Part shown: piece after piece, positions 19,448 to 30,324 of the stretch | How positions within the stretch are numbered: the first letter of the stretch is position 1 | How the letters are laid out: each line of letters opens with the position of its first letter | Origin: Phycisphaerae bacterium | GTDB taxonomy: Bacteria; Planctomycetota; Phycisphaerae; UBA1845 | Length of the DNA stretch: 64,000 nt | NCBI GenBank assembly: GCA_963666835.2 | Contig: CAXXGO010000001.1 | Location: 160,001 to 224,000, forward strand | Direction of reading: 5' to 3' | The notes under the pieces: generated by a model | Database searches by the model: none | What the model saw: the letters and a program-made list of their open reading frames with translations, nothing else | What the model was told of the DNA's origin: nothing | Program-made: the position numbers and the translations under genes

Positions 19448-20839
19448 CTAGCGCGAGCGCATCCTGGCCGCGTCGCCGACTGTCTCTGAGAGGGTCGGAT
19501 GCGGATGGATAAGCCACTTGAGGTGTTCCATCGTGGCCCCGAGGCTCAGCGCCATCGCGCCTTCGGCGATCATCTCGCCCGCGTGGACGCCCGCCAGCCC
19601 CATCCCGATAAGGCGCTGCGAAGACTTCTCGAAGATCAGCTTGGTCACCCCGTCGGTACGTCCCAGTGCGACGGCTCTTCCGCACGCGGACCAGGGGATC
19701 TTCTTGATCGTAATCTCCAAACCTTCAGCCTTCGCCTCCGTCTCGGTGCAGCCCACCCAGGCTATTTCCGGATCGGTAAAGACCACTGCGGGGATGGCCT
19801 GCGGCGCCGGACACGGGTCGGCACCGGCGAGAACACTCGCGACAATCGCACCCTCGTGCTGCGCTTTGTGAGCCAGCATGGGATCACCGACAACATCGCC
19901 GATCGCATAGATCCCCGGCGCGGTGGTAGCGAACTGCGCATCCACGCTGATGAACCCCCGGTCGCCCACCTCGACCCCGGCCTTGTCCAACCCGAGGTCT
20001 TGAGAATTAGGCGAACGACCAACGGCCACAAGCACCTTGTCAAACGACAAAGCGTCCGGCGGGTTCTTGCCGTCGAACTCCACCTCCACCCGAGCTCCCG
20101 CATCCGTCATCTTCGTGACCCGGGTTTCGAGGCAAATCTGGGCGAAATCCTCCTTCAGCCGCTTCACCAGCGGGCGGGCGAGATCACCGTCCACGCCGGT
20201 AAGTAGCGCCGGCAGCATCTCCACTACCGTTACGCGCGAACCCAACCCGGCGTAAGCCTGGCCAAGCTCCAGCCCGATGTACCCGCCTCCGACTACCAGC
20301 AACGTCTCCGGAACGTCCTCGAGCTGCAGCGCCCCGTACGATGAAAGCACCCGAGGTGATTCCGGCTGGATCCCCTTGAGGACGAACGGGCGCGAGCCGG
20401 TAGCGATGATCGCACGCTGGAACCGAACCGGGCCGGGTTCGTCACCGTCGACTATCACCGTTCGATTGTCCTCGAACCGTGCCCGACCTCGCACGCGTTG
20501 AACTTTGTGCTTTTTGCACAGCGCGTCCAACCCGCCGGCCAGCTTCGCGACGACTTGTTTCTTCCATTCGCGGACTCGGTCGACGTCGATCCGAGGCGTC
20601 GCGAAAACTACCCCGTGTTCCTCGCTCTCGGACGCGGCCCGGATCGTATGGATCAAGGACAGATACGTCTTCGACGGAATACACCCGTGATGAAGGCACG
20701 TGCCGCCCAGGAACGGCGATTCTTCGGCGATGGTCGTCCGGAGCCCATGCTCGGCCGCGTGAAAGGCGGCATGATAACCACCGGGACCGCCCCCGATTAC
20801 GAGTACATCGGTATCCCGAACAGGCTGATCGTTACTCAC
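19448..20839 (-). CDS. lpdA: Dihydrolipoyl dehydrogenase
   Basis: VIGGGPGGY, GGTCLHHGCIPSK, GGGYIGLE, PMLAHKA, IHPHPTLSE; GTG start after AAGGGAG. Confidence 0.93.
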   Translation of the reverse strand: MSNDQPVRDTDVLVIGGGPGGYHAAFHAAEHGLRTTIAEESPFLGGTCLHHGCIPSKTYLSLIHTIRAASESEEHGVVFATPRIDVDRVREWKKQVVAKLAGGLDALCKKHKVQRVRGRARFEDNRTVIVDGDEPGPVRFQRAIIATGSRPFVLKGIQPESPRVLSSYGALQLEDVPETLLVVGGGYIGLELGQAYAGLGSRVTVVEMLPALLTGVDGDLARPLVKRLKEDFAQICLETRVTKMTDAGARVEVEFDGKNPPDALSFDKVLVAVGRSPNSQDLGLDKAGVEVGDRGFISVDAQFATTAPGIYAIGDVVGDPMLAHKAQHEGAIVASVLAGADPCPAPQAIPAVVFTDPEIAWVGCTETEAKAEGLEITIKKIPWSACGRAVALGRTDGVTKLIFEKSSQRLIGMGLAGVHAGEMIAEGAMALSLGATMEHLKWLIHPHPTLSETVGDAARMRSR

Positions 20840-21158
20840 CGGTGAATCTCCCTTCCTGTCGTCAATCCATGCCGCGGCAATCGTGCGCCGCCGCCCGCCC
20901 GGCGAGAACATCTTCGCACCGAGCACCCGCCGCACAGAAGGCCCCAGTTTAGAGCGGCTCACCCGGGAAGAAAAGCCCGATTTCGGGGTCCGGCGCCGGT
21001 CCGTAGAGCGGGCCTCTGTGGGTGTCGATCGACTTGTTGACCCGTGGTATGATTCCGCCGCCGTCGTGACACTTACCGGTCACTCATGGTATGGCGTGCG
21101 AGTCATCGGCGACTCATGTAAAGGCTGCATTCCGTTGGACAATCCTCGCCGATCCGAC

Positions 21159-21398
21159 CTACAGGATATCATCGAGAACGTTGGACACCGGCTCATAGCG
21201 GCCGCAGTCGTTCTCCTCGTATAACAGTTGCTCCAGCACGTTGAGGTCATCGTAGGCCGACTGCGAGATCGTTTCCTCTCCGAAACAGTCGGACACAATC
21301 GGACCGACCAGCTCGCCCAACGGGCACCCTTGGAACATAATCGACCCCGTTCCCAGCAGCATCGCAAGCGCCGCGCCGCCTTTCCGTCTTCCACGCAT
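21159..21398 (-). CDS. Small putative lipoprotein (79 aa)
   Basis: Basic N-terminus, hydrophobic stretch, FQGC lipobox-like site, acidic mature part with two Cys; GAGGA SD. Confidence 0.6.
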   Translation of the reverse strand: MRGRRKGGAALAMLLGTGSIMFQGCPLGELVGPIVSDCFGEETISQSAYDDLNVLEQLLYEENDCGRYEPVSNVLDDIL

Positions 21399-21577
21399 GG
21401 ACAGTTCCTCCGCGTTCAAGCTGACCGACCCACAATGCCTTCCGGTTCACCCGAACTCGGAGGACGCGGCCGCGCAAGAAACACTCCGCGAGCTTGACGA
21501 CTGCGAATCATCATGTCAATCCCTGAGGGAAGCCGTTAGTGCGGTTTCTGGAATGGCTGGAAGACCATCCTCTTCCC

Positions 21578-23302
21578 TCAACCCGGGAATTGCAGGTCGA
21601 GGATCTGGAGTTCGACGGTCCGGCGGTTGTTGAAATCGTTGATGATCGGCTCAAACGCCACGCGGCAGCGGCGGTGTTGCTTGAGGTCTTCGGCATGCTC
21701 GCCCAGACCAAAGCCGATGCCCTTCAATACCGCCCCGTCCTGGCGGAACGTGGTCTGGAGGTGGTTCTGCTGACGGCCGACGCAGCGCGGCTCGGCGGCA
21801 AGGTCGACCCAGCCGGTGGCGAGTCTGGGTTTGGGGTTGCCCTGGCCGAACGGGCCCAGCCCGAGGATCGCTTCGGCGGTCGGGAGCGTCATTTCCGGCA
21901 GGTCCACCTCCGCATCGATTCGCAGCTTCGGAACCAGATCAGCCCCGGTGAGCCGGTTGTTGGCTACGTCGACGAACGCTTCCGTGAAAGCCTTGATGCG
22001 GTTCGCATCGATTCGCAAACCGGCCGCCATCGCATGTCCGCCGTGGGAAACGAGATGTTCGCTGCAGGCCTCCAGGGCGGAAGCCAAGTCGAAGTGCCTG
22101 ATACTACGCCCGGAGCCCTGCCCTTCGCCGTTGTTCAACGAAATGAGGATTGTCGGACGCTGATATCGATCGACAACCCGGGCGGCAACGATTCCGATGA
22201 CTCCGGCGTGCCAGGATTCAGATGCCAGAACAATGGCACGGCGAGCATCACTGGCCAAACCGTCGCGTTCCACTATCTCGTGAACCTGCCGGGCGATCTT
22301 CCGCTCCGTTGCCTGGCGTGATCGATTATGCTCTTCGAGGTACAGGGCGATTTCGCGGGCGCGGTCCGGATCGGCGCGGGTGAACAGCTCGACGGCTAAG
22401 CGGGCGTGGCCCATCCGCCCGGCCGCGTTGATGCGCGGGGCCAGCTTGAAGCCGACGTCATACCCGCTGACCTTCTCGCCGGTCAGCCCGACGGCATCCA
22501 TCAGCGCAACCAGCCCCGGTAGCCTCGGTTCGGTCAACGCCTCCAGACCGTGCCGCGCGATAATGCGGTTCTCGCCGCGCAGGGGGACCACATCCGCAAT
22601 CGTCCCGAGGGCGACCAGCGGCAACATATCGAGCATGAGAACGCGCAGCTCCGGCGTCACTCGTTCGGCGCCGCTGAGCAGTTGGGCTATTGCCCACGAC
22701 AGTTTAAAGGCGACCCCCGCACCGCATAGGTCCGGATTGGGGTAAGAGCCGTCAAGCGCCGGGTGGACGATCCCGTCGGCTTCGGGCACGCGCTCCTGCG
22801 GCAGGTGATGGTCCGTGATAATGAGCTTGACGCCGCGCCGGCGCAGAATCCGAGCCTCGTCCACGGCTGTGATCCCGCAATCGACGGTGATGATCATCCC
22901 GGCGCCGTCGTCCGCGATCCGCTCGACTGCCTCGCGGTTCAGGCCGTACCCTTCGTCGATCCGGTGGGGCACGTAAAAGGAAACCTCGGCTCCGGCGAGG
23001 CGAAGGGTATGCCAGATAATCGCAAGCCCGGTAATGCCGTCTACGTCATAGTCGCCATAAATGACTATCTTGTCGTTGGCCCGGACAGCCTCGACGATGG
23101 CCGCCGCCGCCTGAGCGGTCCCCGGCAGGAGATTCGGCGGATACAGGTCCTTCATCTGCGGCGTAAGGAATTCCCGGCATTGTTCATCCGCGGATATCCC
23201 GCGGTTAAGCAACAGTTGGGCGACGATCGAGGGTACTCCCCACCGACGGGCGGACGCCTCTTGCTGCGGCGATCGCGTGGAAATCAGCCAGTGCTTCCCC
23301 AT
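21578..23302 (-). CDS. recJ: Single-stranded-DNA-specific exonuclease RecJ
   Basis: YGDYDVDG, TVDCG, ITDHH, LGTIADVVPL, PRINAAGR, GSGRS, GGHAMAAG. Confidence 0.96.
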   Translation of the reverse strand: MGKHWLISTRSPQQEASARRWGVPSIVAQLLLNRGISADEQCREFLTPQMKDLYPPNLLPGTAQAAAAIVEAVRANDKIVIYGDYDVDGITGLAIIWHTLRLAGAEVSFYVPHRIDEGYGLNREAVERIADDGAGMIITVDCGITAVDEARILRRRGVKLIITDHHLPQERVPEADGIVHPALDGSYPNPDLCGAGVAFKLSWAIAQLLSGAERVTPELRVLMLDMLPLVALGTIADVVPLRGENRIIARHGLEALTEPRLPGLVALMDAVGLTGEKVSGYDVGFKLAPRINAAGRMGHARLAVELFTRADPDRAREIALYLEEHNRSRQATERKIARQVHEIVERDGLASDARRAIVLASESWHAGVIGIVAARVVDRYQRPTILISLNNGEGQGSGRSIRHFDLASALEACSEHLVSHGGHAMAAGLRIDANRIKAFTEAFVDVANNRLTGADLVPKLRIDAEVDLPEMTLPTAEAILGLGPFGQGNPKPRLATGWVDLAAEPRCVGRQQNHLQTTFRQDGAVLKGIGFGLGEHAEDLKQHRRCRVAFEPIINDFNNRRTVELQILDLQFPG

Positions 23303-23543
23303 GTTGTCCCTTCGTGCGCGGGTCCGTCGATCGTGGCGACGACGACCAGCGGAGTCTACAGTTGAACTGATCGGTGGTAAAGCGGTTGTCGGATTTCGTC
23401 GATTGTTGAGTTCGGCGTGGTCGTTGCGTTCGGGGCAACCGCCGGGCTCTTGATTGCCCAAGTGGACCTCTCTATACTCAGGCAACTGGGACGCTGACAT
23501 CCCCAGGAAGCACCCCAAGTATGGGGATCTAGGAGACAACATC

Positions 23544-23942
23544 TTGTCGACGGCACTTGATGGAAAGAGTATTCTGATTGTCGATGACGATCCGGACATG
23601 GTCACGGCGATTCGCGCGGTGCTCGGTGATACCGGCGCTACTCTCGAGACGGCCATGGACGGTAATGCGGCTATCGAGAAGGCTTCGGAATGTGACCCTG
23701 ATCTGGTCGTGCTGGACGCCATGCTCCCCAAAAGGAGCGGGTTCCTGGTACTCGAGAAGCTTAAGGGACCGCGGAAGAAGAAGGGTGAGAGGCCTTTGGT
23801 CGTGATGATAACAGGCAATGCCGGGAAGCGCCATCAGGTCTGGGCCCAAAGCCTCGGCGTGGACGGATATCTCACCAAGCCGTTCCGAATGGAACGCCTC
23901 GTAGAATCGGTCGAGAACCTGCTGACGACCAGCGCCGACTGA
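23544..23942 (+). CDS. Single-domain response regulator (receiver)
   Basis: ILIVDDD, PDLVVLDAMLP, VMITG, YLTKPF; TTG start after AGGAGA. Confidence 0.88.
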   Translation: MSTALDGKSILIVDDDPDMVTAIRAVLGDTGATLETAMDGNAAIEKASECDPDLVVLDAMLPKRSGFLVLEKLKGPRKKKGERPLVVMITGNAGKRHQVWAQSLGVDGYLTKPFRMERLVESVENLLTTSAD

Positions 23943-24083
23943 CTAATGCGACAATAGCCAACGGCCGGTCTGCGGTGGACGCCGAATTGCGATTCGGGGT
24001 CCACCGTAGCCGGGCGTTTTCTTTTCCACTCCCGACCTGCGAAAAGCTCGGTCGGTTTCTGCCTTGGTAACACCGGGTGACTG

Positions 24084-24851
24084 TCAATTGGGCGATGCAT
24101 CCTGCGCCGCCCCGGCCAGGGCTCGTGCGTTCTCGAGGATTATCTGGGTCATATGCCCCACAGCCCGGCGGCGCTGGTCCATCTCCATATACACGTCCTT
24201 AAGAGCGAAACGAATTGCGGTACGCGACCCCAGTTCGTCCACTTGCCCGAGGAGCTTCTCCAGAGCTTCGGCGGCACCTTCCGGGTCGTCGTTCATCAAG
24301 TACAGCTCCACGATAGCCTGGGTGGCCATCATGACCGCCTCCTGTGATCCGAAAGCCACATCCCGCCAGTTCGTAACATACTCGAGCCGGTCAGTCATTC
24401 GCACCAGCTCTCGCCGTTCCATTTGGCGCTCTCGCTCCATAATCAGACGTTCTATTTCGAATTCATGGCGTTCGATCCCATTCTCCAACTGGGTCAACTT
24501 CCGGGACACGCCTTCTATTTCGTCCAAGCGCCCGTCTGAGACTATAGCCTGCCTGATAACGCGAAGCTCGAGCTGTTCGGAACGCAAATCGTACAGCTCG
24601 TCCTGCAGGCGTTCGAGCTTCTTCTCAAGCTCCTCTTGAGCGACTTTCTCTTCCAGTTCCGTGCGGATCTGGTCTTCATAACGCTCACGAGTGGCTTGCT
24701 GCATCTCCTGCTCACGATGTTCGCGGGCTCTACGAATCTCCCGTTCGCGGGGGTCTGCCCTGTCGGGTTGGTCAGCCCAACTCGACGCCACAGGCACCGC
24801 AACCAGGCACAACATCATCGTAACGGTAATAGCTCTGAGGGTCGGGATCAT
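24084..24851 (-). CDS. Secreted coiled-coil hypothetical protein, third gene of the ECF module
   Basis: Signal peptide ending ASSWA; E/R/Q-rich helical sequence; AGGAGAG SD. Confidence 0.75.
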   Translation of the reverse strand: MIPTLRAITVTMMLCLVAVPVASSWADQPDRADPREREIRRAREHREQEMQQATRERYEDQIRTELEEKVAQEELEKKLERLQDELYDLRSEQLELRVIRQAIVSDGRLDEIEGVSRKLTQLENGIERHEFEIERLIMERERQMERRELVRMTDRLEYVTNWRDVAFGSQEAVMMATQAIVELYLMNDDPEGAAEALEKLLGQVDELGSRTAIRFALKDVYMEMDQRRRAVGHMTQIILENARALAGAAQDASPN

Positions 24852-25410
24852 GCGTTTCTCTCCTATGTTCAATCACAAGACTCGGGGTTCGGTAACGTAG
24901 CCGGGAGGTTTTCGTCCCGGATGGATGGGCGAAAGAGGGTAGCGATGGTACGCGAGCGGCGGCCACCCCGGACGCTCGGTTCCTCGCGGCGTTTCCGGGG
25001 CAGATTAGCGGCGTTTTCGAATAACCGACGAAACTAAAGGCACCCGCCACTGTCTGAGGTCCACCGAGTACCGGAGGAATCGCCTCAGGCGTTTCCGGGG
25101 CAGGTCGCCACACCGCTATCAGCAAAGCCAAGCCGGCCGCCGTTGCTAACCCGGTCCGTGCCCAGAAACTGCTCCGCCGCCGGCGCGGTGGGGCCGCCGC
25201 TTCGGTCGGCGAAAAGACAAACGGCGGAACAACGCTGTCGTAGGTTCGGCGAAGGGCCTGAAGCCCCAGTCCGAGTCGTTCCAGTTCGACGGCTTGATTC
25301 GCGCACGAGGGGCAGTGTTGCAGATGGTCGGCCACGCGCTGTTCGTCACGCTCATCGAGTTTTTGACCGAGTCTCTCGGCCAGGAGTGTGGTACATTCAG
25401 CGCAGTCCAT
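24772..25410 (-). CDS. Zinc-finger (zf-HC2) transmembrane anti-sigma factor
   Basis: MDC...HLQHCPSC, then TM segment ATAAGLALLIAVW. The 3' end overlaps the next gene and is uncertain. Confidence 0.75.
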   Translation of the reverse strand: MDCAECTTLLAERLGQKLDERDEQRVADHLQHCPSCANQAVELERLGLGLQALRRTYDSVVPPFVFSPTEAAAPPRRRRSSFWARTGLATAAGLALLIAVWRPAPETPEAIPPVLGGPQTVAGAFSFVGYSKTPLICPGNAARNRASGVAAARVPSLPSFAHPSGTKTSRLRYRTPSLVIEHRRETHDPDPQSYYRYDDVVPGCGACGVELG

Positions 25411-25903
25411 CGGAAGCCTCCCTTGACGTTACGTTGGCCTGCAGGTTGGCGATCGCCTTGTGCAGGTTGCTCTTGACGGTTCCCTGCGGACATCCGAGGG
25501 TCTCCGCGGTATCCCGCGTCGACATCCCCACCAAAAAACGCAGCACCGTCACTTCGCGTTGCCGGTCGGGCAGCGCGTTTATGGCTGCATGAAGAAGCAA
25601 CTGCGGCAGCTCCGGCGGTCCGTGCGATCGGATCTGCGGTTCAACGGCGGCAAGTTCACCGGTCCACTCGACGGGCCTGTGCCGACCGGTCTCCCGGCAG
25701 ACTCGCACCGCGAAACCCGCCGCCCAAGTCCACCACGATACTCCGCTCCGGCGGTCCGCTCGGCGAGCCCACGCTCGTGTTAACGACTCCTGGGCGGCAT
25801 CACTCGCTCGATCCGCGCTGCCCAAAAGGGCCAGGCACAGCCGGTAGACCCGAGCTGAGAGGTCGGCGAAATCAGGCAACTCAAAGTCGCTTTGTCTTTC
25901 CAC
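25397..25903 (-). CDS. ECF RNA polymerase sigma factor
   Basis: Region 2 VYRLCLALLG...ASDAAQE; region 4 LPDRQREVTVLRF...TAETLGCPQGTVKSNLHKA. Start uncertain (GTG at 25903 or 25990). Confidence 0.85.
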   Translation of the reverse strand: MERQSDFELPDFADLSARVYRLCLALLGSADRASDAAQESLTRAWARRADRRSGVSWWTWAAGFAVRVCRETGRHRPVEWTGELAAVEPQIRSHGPPELPQLLLHAAINALPDRQREVTVLRFLVGMSTRDTAETLGCPQGTVKSNLHKAIANLQANVTSREASDGLR

Positions 25904-26176
25904 CTTAGGTCCCGCCGCTGCTTCCCGTTTGTTAATGCGAGTCCGAACGGATTGGTTCACCTCGGGCTCGGCAGAGCAGCCGAGAGCCACGCAAGTTCCG
26001 GAAACTGCCTGGGTTAAGAACCTACTAACTTAGCCGGCCCGGATCCTCACCCGTATGAAGGCCGTGCGCGTCAGTACCGCCGCGGATTAAGCCGACATAG
26101 AATCGGAGCACGATAACCCGGATTGTGCGCCGGGGGCAGTGTTACTGAAGAAGCACCCTATCGAGAGGTCCGGTCA

Positions 26177-29068
26177 ATGGGAAGCCTACGTAAACCCAGT
26201 CACAGCCGACAGATAAGCGGGCTGCTACTGGTGATGTTCCTGGCAGAAGGAGCCTCGATCCTAGGGGACGAGCCGGGCCAACTGCCGGATCAGCAGGTGC
26301 CGAACCTTGCAGTTGCGCAAGACGCCCTGATGGGTGGTGAATACGAGCGGGCGATCGAAGTCTACAGCAAACTGATGGACGACCCGGAAACCGCGCCGGC
26401 CGCCGCTATCGGTGTGGCCCGCTGCCGGATGCGTATCGGCGATTACGAAGAGGGTATCGCCGGGCTGGAAGCGGAACCCGCCCCGGATTCCGCCGAATGG
26501 CACTTGGTGCTGGCCAAGCTGCTCCGGCTGGTGGGGCGTTACGACGAAGGTTTGGAACACGTCCGCGCGGCCGTTCGACTCGACCCAGGACATCCCGGTT
26601 CGCGCTTGCTGGTCGGGAGCATGTTGGAAGCGCTGGGGCGGCGCGACGACGCCATCGAATCCTACCGGTGGTTCGACCAACAACTGCGGAAGCGGTCCGG
26701 GCTGCCCCGCGATGCGGAGTGGGTGACCGACACCGCCGTCGGCTTCTTGCGCTACACGGTGCTTACGGAATCAGATCAGTTGGTGCCGCGCACCAGGCAC
26801 GTCCTGCACGAGATGTTGCAGATGGTCTATGAACGGGTGGACCGCACGTGGTGGCCCGCCCGAATCGCCGCCGCCGATCTGCTCCGCGAACGATTTAATA
26901 ACGATCCGCTGGACGGCAGCGTAGCGGACTACGAAGCGGCTTTGCTGGTCAGCAGCAACTTGCCCGAAGCCCACGTCGGACTCGGAGAGGTCGCCTTACA
27001 CCGATGGGATTTCGACGAGGCCGAGCGTCGTGCGGAACTTGCCCTCGAGGTCAACCCCCACTACCCGCCGGCCATTCACCTGCTGGCGAAAGAGCGGCTG
27101 CTCGAGCGACGCTATGCCGAAGCCGCGCAGGTTTGTGACCGAGCCCTGTCATTTAATACGCGAGATGTCGTTGCGCTGTCACTGTCCGCAGCGGCCGCCG
27201 CTTGTCGGTATGATGACGCCGAAGTCGCCCGCGCCCGCGCTCGGGTAGCAAAGATCAACCCGCGGTCTGCCGTATACCACCGCATTCTCGGCGATGCCCT
27301 GGCGGGGATCCGGCAGTACGCCGCCGCGGAAGCGGAGTACCAAAAGGCAATTGAATACGAACCCACCGATGCCAACGCCCACACCGAGCTCGGGTTAACG
27401 TACATGCAATGGGGCCTCGAAGACAAGGCCCATAAAGTGCTGGACCGAGCTTGGGAGCTCGACCCGTTCAACGATCGCACGCTCAATACGGTCAAGCTGC
27501 TGGAGTCTCTCGAGAGCTTCGCCCGCCTGGAGACGCCCCACTTCACGATCCGGTCCGATCCGCAGCGCGACCCGGGCTTAGCCGAGTACATGGCCGAGTA
27601 TCTCGAGAGCATCTACGCAACCATCACCGGCGATTACGAAACGACTCTGTCGGACAAGACCATTATCGAAGTATTCCCGACCCAGTCGGATTTCGGAGTA
27701 CGCATCACCGGCAAGCCGTGGATCCACACCGTGGGTGCCTGCACGGGCCGGGTGATCGCCATGTCCTCTCCGCGAGGGTCGACGCAGCTTTTCGGCCCCT
27801 ACGATTATGCTCGCGTCCTCCGCCACGAATTCACCCACACCGTCACGCTGGCGGCGACGCAGAACCGGATTCCCCACTGGTTTACCGAAGCACTGGCCGT
27901 ATCGCAGGAAGAGAGCCCCCGAAGCTATGAATGGTGTGCTCTGCTGGCCCGGGCGATTCGCCGGAACGAGCTGTTCACCTTGGAGTCGATTGACTGGGGC
28001 TTCATCAGGCCCAGACGTCCCCACGACCGAACGGTAGCCTATGCCCAAAGTGAGTGGATGTACGAATACATCGTCGAGCGCTTCGGCTATGACACGATCA
28101 ACGCGATGTTACGCCGCTATCGGCTCGGGCAGACCAGCGAACAGGTCTTCAAAGAGCAGATGGCCGTCACCCCGACCGAGTTCGACCGCGACTTTGCCCA
28201 GTGGGCCAGGCAAAGGGCTACGCCTTGGGGGTTCGATATGGAACCGCCCGAGGATGCGAGCGCCCTGCGAACTCTGGCCGAGAAGGAGCCGGACGATTCA
28301 GTGGTTCAGGGACGCTTAGCGCGGGCGGAGTTGGATGACGGGGATCCCGAGCGAGCGTTGGCGGCGGCGCGCCGCGCGCTGGAACTCAACGAGAATGAAC
28401 GCGCGGGGCTCGAAGTGCTGTTGACCGTGCTGTCCGGCTATTTCCTCGAGAATCTATCGGAACCGGTCCGCCGCGGTTACGAGAAAGAGGCGCGGCTGGC
28501 CGCCACACGGCTTACAGCAGTCGATCCGGACAGTGCGCTGGCTGCGGAGGTTCTCGGTACTTTGGCGTTGAGCAGCCGGGATTGGGAAGAGGCTATTGTC
28601 TCTTTCGAGCGTCTTCAGCGCATTCGCCCGATGAACCCGGCGAGTTGGCAAGGCCTGGCCGGGATATACTTAGAACGTGGAGAGGATGACCTGGCTCTTT
28701 CGCAGTTGCTGGAACTGGTTCGGTTGGGCGAGGCCGATCCTGAAATCCCGGCACACATCGCAGGTATCTACCGGCGGCGGGCTGACCTGCGCGAGTCGCG
28801 ATACTGGTATGTCCGGGCGCTTCGAGTCAATCCGTTCTCGGTGAAGGTCCACGACGGACTCGGCGACACGGAGATGCAGTTGGGTAATACCCAAGCTGCT
28901 CTCCGCGAGTACGTGATGTTGACTCGGATCGAGCCGAAGAAGGCCGGGCACTTCGAGAAAGCCGCTTTCGCGGCGGCCAAGATTGGTGACGAAAGAACGG
29001 CACAGGATCTCGCCCGGCAGGCGGTGGCGCTGGATCCGGACTCTGCGGCTCGGACGCTGGTACCGTAG
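26177..29068 (+). CDS. Secreted TPR protein with central gluzincin (peptidase MA-like) domain
   Basis: Many TPR-like helices flanking RHEFTH...WFTEALA and AYAQS. Confidence 0.85.
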   Translation: MGSLRKPSHSRQISGLLLVMFLAEGASILGDEPGQLPDQQVPNLAVAQDALMGGEYERAIEVYSKLMDDPETAPAAAIGVARCRMRIGDYEEGIAGLEAEPAPDSAEWHLVLAKLLRLVGRYDEGLEHVRAAVRLDPGHPGSRLLVGSMLEALGRRDDAIESYRWFDQQLRKRSGLPRDAEWVTDTAVGFLRYTVLTESDQLVPRTRHVLHEMLQMVYERVDRTWWPARIAAADLLRERFNNDPLDGSVADYEAALLVSSNLPEAHVGLGEVALHRWDFDEAERRAELALEVNPHYPPAIHLLAKERLLERRYAEAAQVCDRALSFNTRDVVALSLSAAAAACRYDDAEVARARARVAKINPRSAVYHRILGDALAGIRQYAAAEAEYQKAIEYEPTDANAHTELGLTYMQWGLEDKAHKVLDRAWELDPFNDRTLNTVKLLESLESFARLETPHFTIRSDPQRDPGLAEYMAEYLESIYATITGDYETTLSDKTIIEVFPTQSDFGVRITGKPWIHTVGACTGRVIAMSSPRGSTQLFGPYDYARVLRHEFTHTVTLAATQNRIPHWFTEALAVSQEESPRSYEWCALLARAIRRNELFTLESIDWGFIRPRRPHDRTVAYAQSEWMYEYIVERFGYDTINAMLRRYRLGQTSEQVFKEQMAVTPTEFDRDFAQWARQRATPWGFDMEPPEDASALRTLAEKEPDDSVVQGRLARAELDDGDPERALAAARRALELNENERAGLEVLLTVLSGYFLENLSEPVRRGYEKEARLAATRLTAVDPDSALAAEVLGTLALSSRDWEEAIVSFERLQRIRPMNPASWQGLAGIYLERGEDDLALSQLLELVRLGEADPEIPAHIAGIYRRRADLRESRYWYVRALRVNPFSVKVHDGLGDTEMQLGNTQAALREYVMLTRIEPKKAGHFEKAAFAAAKIGDERTAQDLARQAVALDPDSAARTLVP

Positions 29069-29430
29069 CTCGCCGTTCTCTCTTCTCGGTCGCTATCGCC
29101 AAGTCGGTCCCGAGCAGGCATCGAACAGGGCAAGTTCTCGGGCGTTGGCAACTGAGCAAGGATCCCCAGCTCGAGACCCGCAACCCAGGCTCAGGCAAAG
29201 CCGAAGAACAGATACGACCTCGAGGCTCTTGGTCTCGGACCCGACGGATGATAACCTGCTCACTCGAACCGTCGGTGGGCGCGGGTGTCGACTCGCCGAC
29301 CGCTTTGCCTTGGGGCTGCGGGCGGCCTGTGGAAACACCCCGGCCGCCCAGAGGCGGGGACGGGACTAATGCCGGGGTCCGTGACCGCGGCAATGTCCGA
29401 TAATGCGACAGTGGGCATCAGGAAGGGTCT

Positions 29431-30324
29431 GTGGCTACTGAGTTATCCGGTTATCGCATCATTAAGCAGATTGGGGTCGGTGCCAGGTCGAAGATAAGCC
29501 TCGGCACGGAACTCAAGACAGGGCGACAGGTGGCGATCAAACACGTCGTTCGCAATTCGGCGGACGACGACCCCTTCATTGCGCAGGTCGAAACTGAATA
29601 CGAGGTTAGCAGCAACATCAGCCACCCGGCCCTTAGGCACAGCTATTACATCAGTCGCGTCCGTAAGCTCTTGCAGACAAGAGAGATCTGGCTGGTTATG
29701 GAGTACATCGACGGGCTGAACCTCGAGGACGCCCGCCCGAACCGGCTGAACACCTTTCTCAATGTCTTCAGGAAGGTGGCGGCGGGGCTCCAGGCGATGA
29801 ACGATGCCGGCTACGTCCACACCGACATTAAGCCGACGAATATCATGCTGGCGTCCGGGGGGATCGTGAAACTCATCGATTTCGGCCAATCCTGCCCCAT
29901 TCATCACCGGAAAGAGCGTATTCAGGGTACGCCCGACTACATCGCCCCGGAGCAGGTTCGACGCATGCCGCTGGATCAACGCACCGATGTCTTCAACCTC
30001 GGCGCCACCATGTACTGGGTGTTGACGTCGGAAAAATATCCGACGGCCATTCGCGGCACCGATTCTCGCGGCGGGATCAGCCTCGTGACTTCCGATCGAC
30101 CGATTGCCCCGATTGAACTCAACGATAAGATCCCGCTGGGGCTTTCGAAGTTGGTTATGGAGTGCTGCCGCGATAACCCGACGGAGCGGCCGAATGACAT
30201 GAAGCAGGTTGGCGCCCGGTTGGCGGTCGTGCAGAAGTTGTGGCGGAAACACCTGGAAGGACTGCGCGGTGAGCGGGCGGCGGGACCCGAAAGTGAGGGG
30301 GACTTCGCTCCCCAGAGTGAATGA
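29431..30324 (+). CDS. Cytoplasmic Hanks-type Ser/Thr protein kinase
   Basis: GVGARS, VAIK, HTDIKPTN, DFG, GTPDYIAPE, DVFNLG; no TM segment. Confidence 0.92.
   Translation: MATELSGYRIIKQIGVGARSKISLGTELKTGRQVAIKHVVRNSADDDPFIAQVETEYEVSSNISHPALRHSYYISRVRKLLQTREIWLVMEYIDGLNLEDARPNRLNTFLNVFRKVAAGLQAMNDAGYVHTDIKPTNIMLASGGIVKLIDFGQSCPIHHRKERIQGTPDYIAPEQVRRMPLDQRTDVFNLGATMYWVLTSEKYPTAIRGTDSRGGISLVTSDRPIAPIELNDKIPLGLSKLVMECCRDNPTERPNDMKQVGARLAVVQKLWRKHLEGLRGERAAGPESEGDFAPQSE

Noticed and set aside
23303..23818. Long N-terminal extension of RecJ in the ORF track
   Set aside because: It is antisense to the receiver gene; RecJ homology starts at MGKHW (23302).
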